From: an uncultured virus (IMG/VR IMGVR_UViG_3300002498_000029)
Lineage: Duplodnaviria; Heunggongvirae; Uroviricota; Caudoviricetes
IMG/VR virus record: IMGVR_UViG_3300002498_000029
DNA: 64,000 bases
Direction: 5' to 3' (one strand)
Shown here: positions 52,687-61,369 of the stretch, piece after piece
Layout: each line of letters opens with the position of its first letter
How positions within the stretch are numbered: the first letter of the stretch is position 1
The notes under the pieces: generated by a model
What the model was told of the DNA's origin: nothing
The model's input: only the letters and a program-made list of their open reading frames with translations
Databases searched by the model: none
Made by a program: the position numbers and the translations under genes

Positions 52687-53420
52687 TGATTAAATTAAAA
52701 TAGATAATAATCAAATAGGGTATAAATGATCCTAATATATTTAAAGCAATATTTATCTTAGGTAGTCCAGCTAGTGGCAAATCAACATTAGCTAAAAAAA
52801 TATTAGGGAGATAGAAATTAAAACAACATGATGTCCATAATATGTATTTATCGTTTAGCCCTACTGGATTAAAGTATTTAAATATAGATGATGTATTCTA
52901 GAGATTATTATTAACTACTAAATCTAAAACAAATTTTAACTAGCTTACAGAGGAATAGTATAAATAGTTAATATCTGCACCAGATTCTAAATATAATAGA
53001 GCTAGTAGATTAACTAATATAAGAAGAAATAATTATGTATAGGCTAGACTTGGATTAATTATTGATAAGACTGGAGCTAATGCAGATAAAATAGCAGATC
53101 AAGTATAGTAGTTATAGTATTTAGGATATTAGTGTTTTTGTATTTATATTAGTTCAGATTTATAGGAAGCAATTACTAGAAATATGAATAGGTTATAGAG
53201 AAGATTAAAAGAATAGGATATTGTTAATTGTTGAACTAGAGTTAATTAGAATAAAGAATAGTTGCAATAGATATTTGGATATAATAATTTTTATAATTTT
53301 ATTAATAATAAATATTATTAGTAGCAAATATCTTTATTGAATAAAAAAATATCTGCATTTTTAAATAAACCAATAACTAATAATATTGCATTAAATTGGA
53401 TATAGAGTCAATATGATTAA
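52686..53420 (+). CDS. Zeta-toxin/AAA_33-like P-loop kinase with MIKLK leader
   Basis: FKAIFILGSPASGKST; LNIDD; GLIIDKTG; AITRNMNR..R. Confidence 0.8.
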
Positions 53421-54192
53421 ATTAAGATAGCTAATATTATAGGCTTCAATACCATATAATAAAATATCAAGTAAAAAATTTTAGTAGTTATTTAATACTA
53501 ATTGTAAAAACATAACAAGTTTAGATCAAGTAGCATATAGAGGTATGCGTAATATTGGTAAAACAGGGTTATTTATACCGACTAATTCAATTAGAAAATC
53601 TTATAAACATAAAAATTATAAGACGGATTCTTTTTATAATTGGTATTTATCTAATAGCCCTAGTTGAAAATAGTATCCTAAGCGAAATAAAAGTATTTTT
53701 TGCATGACTAATTATAATGATGTAACCGGTTATTATGATCCGACTGAGCAAAAAATATATATTGTGATACCATACGATAATGTATAGTTTGGAGTTTGTT
53801 CAGAATTTGATTTAGCCCTCTCTTTTAAAGACTTTAACGTCGTTGGATTAAGTAGGTGGTTATTAAAGTTATTATAGGATTTATAGTTGTTGTTTATATT
53901 AGAATCAACAGATACTATACAAGGAATATAGACTATGTCAAATACAATAAAAAATGATTAGACTATTGATAAATCTTATTATTCATATGTCTTTTAGCGA
54001 GTTAAAAAATATAATACATTTAAAAATTTTATATTAACAACATTTAGTCCAAGATATAATTAGTTTAAACTAACAACTGATTTGAGTTCATTTAATAATA
54101 ATTAGATTTGATCTTAGGGGCCATGTTTACTATTACAACATACTGATTAGAATATAGAATATTTACAACAGCTGATAACTAAAAATACTTAA
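53413..54192 (+). CDS. MIKLR-leader protein, ART-like paralog 4
   Basis: AYRG, YPKRNKSIFCMT, N(TAG)I(TGA)S(TAG)GPC. Confidence 0.6.
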
Positions 54193-54237
54193 ATAATATT
54201 TAAAAAAATAAAAGAATGATATATTTATATATATAAT

Positions 54238-54639
54238 ATGAAAAAAGCTATTAAGTTTAAGATATATAAGAAACTAAGAGAAATAAAGAATAGAAAATTA
54301 AATATTTTATCAGTATAGATGAAATAGAGAATGACTATACCATATAACAATTGAAGAAAACATGTATTTGAAAGAGATAATTATCAATGCCAAATATGCG
54401 GCAGATCTCATATAAGATTATAGGCTCATCATATTAAATCATTTAAGTTATTTCCAAATATAAGACTCGATATAAATAATGGTATAACATTATGTTCAGC
54501 TTGTCATTATATGTTTCATAAAAAATATAGTAAAGTAATATTTCCAAATATAACTACTATATGATAGGATAAATTAATAGTTAAAAAATTTAAGGATAAA
54601 GTAAATAATGAAAAAAAATTAGTTGAAATAGTTAATTAA
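54238..54639 (+). CDS. HNH endonuclease
   Basis: (TGA)RKHVFERDNYQCQICG...L(TAG)AHHIK...NNGITLCSACH..FH. Confidence 0.9.
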
Positions 54640-55057
54640 AGAATAGATCAAAAAAATATTATTATAGTAGCCAATCAAATCTGATAAATCTGCATATAAT
54701 ACTAGAGTAATGTTTAGTGCAGGCGGTGGTAAAGAATTTGGTAAATGAATGATGGAATAGCTAAATAGAAGTTTTTTTGAAAAAAATATAGCTAATACCA
54801 AAGTATTACAATAGTATATAAATTAGCATAGAGATTAGATACAAAATGTAACTGATTCAACTATTAAATATTTTTTAAATTAGATTTAGCAAATAATCAA
54901 TAGAGCCTAGATTAAGAAATCTAGATGTAGACCAGATTAGCAACATATTTGTAATAAATATGAAAAAGAAAAAAATTAGTCGTTACAAAGTTATTTTTAT
55001 AATTTTTATTTAGCAAGTATTGGTAAAGGTTCAATAGACTCATATAAGAAGTACTAA
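54608..55057 (+). CDS. MKKxELK-leader hypothetical protein
   Basis: MKKNELKELIKEEIKKILLEE under recoding. Confidence 0.7.
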
Positions 55058-55062
55058 TAAAT

Positions 55063-55797
55063 ATGAAAAAAACATAGTTAAAACAAATAATTAAAGAATA
55101 GATTAAATATATATTACTATAGAATAAGAGATATGATCATATAAGTAGAAATAACTATAGATTAAAAATGTTAAAATTACCATAGAATAGTAAATTTAAA
55201 TCTACAAAATAGGATGTTTTAGCTATTTTAAGTTCATAGTAGAATATTAAGCAATCTAAATATGAATTAGACGATATAGTTATGCTAATATTATTATATT
55301 AGATAATTGACTATCCTAAAGATTTATATTAGAAATAGTGGTTTAAATCATATTCTCCAGAATTTCAAAGACAATTATTTTTATATATGTAGAATATGTT
55401 TATATATTATTTTAAAAAGGTATAGAAAACTACGAGTAGAGGATTAAATACTACTAGTATGACAGATATGACATAGATTATTAAATTAGTTTTATCTAAT
55501 ATATAGGTATAGCTTCCAATAACATATTAGCAAATATTTGAGGCAGTAGAAGATTATGATTGAAATCTTAGAGATTTATAGATAAGACATAACGGTACTT
55601 TGTAGAATTGAAAAATAAATCTACAGTTTTATATTTCTGGTCATGCTATAAATAACTAGAGGTCAAAACTACATAAAGATGATAGAATTATTCATTGAAA
55701 TAATAAATTAATATATATATATTTATTATAGCCTGGCGTCAAAAACCAAAAACAATTTATAGTTTTTACATAGAAAAACTAGAATCCATTTGGATAA
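55063..55797 (+). CDS. MKKxELK-leader hypothetical protein
   Basis: MKKTELKQIIKEEIKYILLE under recoding. Confidence 0.7.
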
Positions 55798-56081
55798 TGA
55801 TATTTATAAATAAACTATTACGTGATAATACTGGTGTATCAAGTAAAAGATTCGTTACATTAGTAACATTTATACTTATATGTATAATAGCTGTAGTAGA
55901 CTTATTTACACCGTTAACAATTAGTTAGTTTATATTTAATGGTTTAATGTATTTATGTTCAATTGGGTTAGGAACAATATTAGCATAGGATGTTTTAACT
56001 AAAAACAAATATAATAAAAATAATAAATAGTAGGAGATACCATAGTTAAATGAAGAAACAATAGCTTAGACAACTAATTAA
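55797..56081 (+). CDS. Small two-TM membrane protein (holin-like candidate)
   Basis: D..GVSSKR followed by two hydrophobic helices and a charged tail. Confidence 0.55.
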
Positions 56082-56289
56082 ATAGATTTACTAGTAGGTA
56101 ATTAAATAGTATGATAAATAGACCCCTTAGGATGATAAATATATTTATAATATAATTACAAAAGTTATTACTGATGGTAGAAATTCAAATTATCCATTAG
56201 CAATGTGTCTTAGAACCGATTTTGGAAATACACATTGATTTGACATAAGTCTAGATAAATTATACTAGATTGCAAAATTATTTAAATAA
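56050..56289 (+). CDS. MKKxELR-leader small protein
   Basis: AGGAG upstream; MKKQELRQLIKE under recoding. Confidence 0.65.
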
Positions 56290-56310
56290 TTATAAAGGAA
56301 ATAAGAAAAA

Positions 56311-56778
56311 ATGAAAAAATCAGAACTAAAAAAATTAATACAATAGGCCTATCAAGAAGTGATATTATAGGCGTAGGACAATGAAGAGGATATAGACTTA
56401 AGTATATTAGATTAGATGTTTGACGATCCAAATATTAGATATACTAATGCAGATTGCTCACTAATATGCATAGCAAAACATCCAAAATTCGGTGATATGC
56501 CAGTATACAATTAGACTATTAAAGCTGATAGAGATATTCAAAAGGCTGGAATATAGAAGTTTGTTACTACAGCTGGTAGTGGATTTAAATTTAAAGCTAA
56601 AAAGTTTAATAGCGCATAGTAGTTAATTAGTAATGCAAAGTAGCTGTGTAAAAATATTAGAATAAAAAAAGATGGTATTAGTATGAAGGATCTTGCTACT
56701 AAATTAAATAAATGGTATGATAAGATGATATTTGATGCTGCTAAACAATCTGGGATAGATTTAAGAAGAAGTAAATAA
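56311..56778 (+). CDS. MKKSELK-leader hypothetical protein
   Basis: MKKSELKKLIQEAYQEVILE under recoding. Confidence 0.7.
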
Positions 56779-56780
56779 CT

Positions 56781-57131
56781 ATGAAAAAATCAGACTTAAG
56801 ACAATTAATAAGATAGATGACAGAACAATAGTTTAGTAAAATAAATAAAACGAGTACTAGTATTGTTAAGTAGTAGCCAACTATGCGTGGTTTTGCCGGA
56901 GATGATGATGGATTTATTGACGATGATACATTATATAATTAGGTAATACCGAATGCAATTAAATATGCTATACATGACGCTATTCAATATAATGATAAAA
57001 TATGAGATAGATTAGTAATTAGTATAAAAACAGATCTATAGGAATACGGAATTACTGATTATAAAGATGTAATATCATAGGAAAAATTATTAACTAAATT
57101 GTAGTAGTACGGATAGAATCTTATTTATTAA
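56781..57131 (+). CDS. MKKSDLR-leader hypothetical protein
   Basis: MKKSDLRQLIRE under recoding. Confidence 0.7.
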
Positions 57132-57156
57132 AAATAGCAATCAAAATATATAACTT

Positions 57157-57200
57157 AAGAGTAATTAATATCTAAAAATATTGATTACTCTTTTTATTTT
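57157..57200 (+). terminator. Probable Rho-independent terminator
   Basis: AAGAGTAATTAATA...TATTGATTACTCTT then T-rich tract. Confidence 0.7.
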
Positions 57201-57257
57201 AAATATTTTTTTACTTCAATATATTTATATATATAGTATAGAGAAAGGAAGTATAAC

Positions 57258-57878
57258 ATGCCAAGAATAGATATGTCAAAGGTTAAAACAACTGATGATG
57301 TTGCACAAATATTAACATAGTCTAAGCCACAAAAAATATATATGTCACCCAAAGAAGCTTATACCCAAAGAAAATAGGGATAGATATGGTTATAGGATGG
57401 AAAATAGTGGACTATTAAAAATGGATTACGTATAACAACTAATTTAATAAATAATAAGAATTAGACATATAATAGTTGAACTTGTCCAAAATGTAATAAG
57501 TTTATGTCACATTGGTTAGATAAAAAGATTATGAAGACGGCTGGCCATTGTTTTGACTGTGATATTAAAATGTAGTCATAGATGAGATTAAATGGTACTT
57601 GATAGTAGTATAATTAGAATATAAAAAGATAGAATTTAAAATCTTATTTAAAAGATCAAAAATAGCAAATGTTATAGTTAATAAAAAGTGTTAGTAATAA
57701 AATACAATTTATACAGAATTCAGATGGTGGTATATAGTCTTGGCATGTAAGTTAGTAGACTATTGCTAAAACTATGAATAATTTAAATAAACAAATATAG
57801 TAGATTGATTAGATGCTAAAAACCATACAATAGTATTAGATATAGCATAAAATAGTTAAATAGAATGAAAACATATAA
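57258..57878 (+). CDS. Hypothetical Zn-finger phage protein
   Basis: RK(TAG)G(TAG)IWL(TAG)DGK(TAG)WTIKNG; CPKC; HCFDC. Confidence 0.75.
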
Positions 57879-58030
57879 AATAAAAAATTTAGGACTACTT
57901 ATACAAGATAATATTGCAACTCTATTATCAAGTAATTGTGTGTTTATTGCTTAGGATAATGATATTATTTTATAGTTTGATACATAGTTATAGTTAATAG
58001 ATTACATAAATTAGAATGATATTTAGATAA

Positions 58031-58456
58031 ATGATTAAATTACGTAATATTATACTATAGATATTTGGATAGAGTACTAGAAGCATTACAGTAAATACTA
58101 AATAGGTCATATTTAACAAATATCCTAAATATTGATATAGCTAGTTTATAAATACCCTAAAGCAAATAATACCGGTAAGTAATAAAAATACGTATGAGTT
58201 AGACTAGATTTTAAATAAGTTATTAAATAATGATGATCCATATAGTTATTACTTACATATAGTATAGTAGTATAATAATATCAAATATATATATTTTTTA
58301 ATTCAATTTAACAATAACATAAACATCGAGGCTAGAAAATATCATTAGTTTCAACAATGGTTTTTTTATATCAATGGTAAAAAACATATGAATAAATTTC
58401 AAACAAAAAAATATTTAAGTAAAATAATAAAGGATTTAAATAATAATGGCAAATAA
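58031..58456 (+). CDS. MIKLR-leader hypothetical protein
   Basis: MIKLRNIIL(TAG). Confidence 0.65.
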
Positions 58457-58796
58457 TACAACAAAATACTTTTTAAGTGAATCCTATAGAAATCCAAATA
58501 TAGTACAGGGTTCTGCCCCAATGGATCTATAGAGATTTCCGCAATATCAAGCGTTAAATGCATTAGTTGGTATTGGTGTAGGTAGATAGTGAACTGCATC
58601 GTCTATTTCACAACCGGTTTATGCAATACAAGCTATAACAGATACAACATTTACAGAATTAGTAGATGGAACTACAGATATTATTGAAATAGCAACTACC
58701 TTAGAAATATTGGGCCAGGGGGTTATATATGGTAATTTTACTACAGCGTCTATATCAGCTGGATTAATTTGTGCGTACTATAAATTACAGGAATAA
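58446..58796 (+). CDS. Small putative virion protein
   Basis: AIQAITDTTF...IYGNFTTASISAGLICAY. Confidence 0.6.
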
Positions 58797-58806
58797 TTAA
58801 ACTATA

Positions 58807-59421
58807 ATGATAGGTATAGGACTTTGGCTTAGAAATAGAGTATTAGGTGGATCAGCTTTATTTAAAACTTGATTAACCTCTTGATATACAACTAAGAATA
58901 ACGATACAATTTTAACTAATAAAGTAGATGAAACCTTAAATGCTCATCAAGAAGACTTTATATGCGGTAATATGGTAGATACTAATTATAAATTATTTAT
59001 TAGTACATCTATTACTAGTATAACATATAGTGGGTCTGGAACATTTAGTGTAAGTGGAAGTTATTTTGTTACTTGTTCAGCTATTGGTTCTATATATGAA
59101 TTATATGCTTATACTGGATCTGATTTAGTTGGTCATTATCCTATATGTGAATCTAGTGGTATTAATATATATAATATTGCTCAAAATAATTATCATGCTA
59201 AAATATATTATGGTACTGTTACAGCATCTAGTGCGCAAGCTACTTCTTTTTGAACTGGTTTACAATTGTAGTATAATCCTTATCAGAATGGTGCTCAGTA
59301 TTCAAATTAGAGTATTATTATACCAGCTAGTGGTAGTGTATCGGCTATTGGCCAAGCATTAACACATGTAGATGGTAATTGGATAATGAGATTGGGACAA
59401 AGTATTAATTTTGATGATTAA
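58807..59421 (+). CDS. Putative tail-associated protein
   Basis: MIGIGL start; includes track ORF 58972-59253; LVGHYP..E.SG..IYN. Confidence 0.6.
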
Positions 59422-59439
59422 TAAAGAGAGAATTGAATA

Positions 59440-60027
59440 ATGATACAAGCAACATACGATCAACTTAAAACAATAGCAACTCGCAAATCATATAAATGAT
59501 TTACAGATATATACGATTTAAACGTATGGGGTATAAGAAATTCAAGTAGAATAGCTAATGCCTTTGATGATACTTTAGCCATAGCATATATAGATGCCAA
59601 TAAAAACAAAAGAATATTTACATGCCCAATGACAGTTGACCCAGGATTATATTACTTAAAGAACCCATTAAACCACAAGGGTTGTGCAATTATACCAGAA
59701 GGACAATACTTAGGTTTATGAATACTAGGACTACATAAAGGTTATACTGCATTAGCCCAAAGAAAAGCTATTAAAGTATTTAGAGATAATGATAAAAATA
59801 ATTAGTTGGGTGGGCAATTACAAACAATCTAGTAGCTAGGCGGGTTTAATTTACATAGAGCTTTATAGAATGGAATAACTAATACAGTAGATAAATTTAG
59901 TGCTGGTTGTCAAGTAGTACAAATACCAGAAGATTTTAATTATGTAATATCACTAGTAAAGCTTCAAGACAAATATATTAAATCTAAAATAGTATCTTAT
60001 ACACTTATATCAGAAAGGGAACTTTAA
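59440..60027 (+). CDS. Putative peptidoglycan-active Cys enzyme (YkuD/L,D-transpeptidase-like), endolysin candidate
   Basis: LNVWGIR...FDD...TVDPG...GQY...GLHKG...RDND...GFNLH...SAGCQV. Confidence 0.65.
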
Positions 60028-60033
60028 TAATAA

Positions 60034-61335
60034 ATGATAACTTCATCAATATAGATTTGAAACAAGTTAAATATAGTAGGTAATACTAGTGATCTTCCAT
60101 AGATATGATTATCTGATATACAAGATTCAATATATTATGATTCAGATTATCCATATAAATGAAATGTATTCTAGATGGATATTTAGTATTTAAGATTATT
60201 TATAAATGATGGGTATTCTGGAAATATTAGTTCTACATATGAATCAGGTAGTGATTATACTAGTGTAATATTTAATCATTTAAAATAGTGTTATATATAG
60301 AGACCTGTTGCATTAAGTGCTACTAATATAACTGATGTTAGCTTTACTGCTAATTGAAGTAGTGTTGTTGGTGCTACTAGTTATTAGATTGATATTGCTA
60401 CTGATAGTTTATTTAGTAATATTATACAAAGAATTAGTTGTGGTAATGTGATATTATATAATGTTACTGGGTTAACTAGTAATACTACTTATTATTATAG
60501 AGTGAGAAGTATTAGTAGTGGTGGAGTTAGTGGAAATAGTGAAGTGGTAACACAACTTACATACGCCACTGGAGCGCCTGCTTACTTTGCTAGAATGACA
60601 ACTCAAGGTGATACAACATATAAGGCCAAAATAAGTAGTTTTATTGGTGCATTAGAAAGTGCAGGTGTTTGAGCATCATTAGATTCATTACACTTATTTG
60701 CCAATAAGGACGATTACACAGATAATATACCGGCTTCATTTATAAATATGATAAACCCAACTGATACTATAGCGGCTAGAACAGGAGTTAGTGGTTCAAA
60801 TTTGACGTATACTACAAATCAGGGGTGGTTGGGAGCCTCCAATGCTGCTATTGATTTAAATCAATTATTAACTAATAGAGCAAAATATAGTTTAAATAGT
60901 GGCTCTATGTTTGTCTATGTTTATACAACCACCGCAGCAGGATATGTGGCATAGATTGGAACTTATATTGGAGCATCTCAAGCATCTATAATGGATTGTA
61001 GAGTTGATGGTGATAAGATGAGACTTTACCTCAATGGTGGTATGTCTGATACCGTGAATGCATTACCTGGTGCCGGAGTTGGGCTTTTCTCTCTTAATAG
61101 GACTGCTGCAAATAACATAGATGTTTACAAAAATGGTACTTTCGTGGAGTCTCTGGCAAATAATAGCAGCGCAATCCCAACCGGTAATGTCTATGCATTG
61201 GCAGCTAATATAAACAATGTCATCGCCAATACAGCTACTGGTCGGAGAATATCTCTATGTGGATTTGGTGCACAAATGGATGCTACCAAGCAAGCTGCAC
61301 TCTATGCGGCATTTATGACATATCTAACAGGATAA
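60034..61335 (+). CDS. Tail/adhesin protein with Fn3 domain and LamG-like C-terminus
   Basis: ATNITDVSFTAN(TGA)SSVVGATSY...VTGLTSNTTYYYRVR; joins three track ORFs. Confidence 0.8.
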
Positions 61336-61369
61336 TATACATAATTAATCATACTGGAATATATAACTA

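Noticed and set aside
54238..54639. HNH as part of an intron or intein
   Set aside because: It is free-standing between complete genes; no split host gene or intron structure is evident.
1262..58599. Short minus-strand ORFs and off-frame plus-strand ORFs in the track (e.g. 1262-1450, 10918-11169, 11772-11957, 42528-42719, 59129-59362)
   Set aside because: They overlap well-supported + strand recoded genes and show no recognisable motifs; shadow ORFs.
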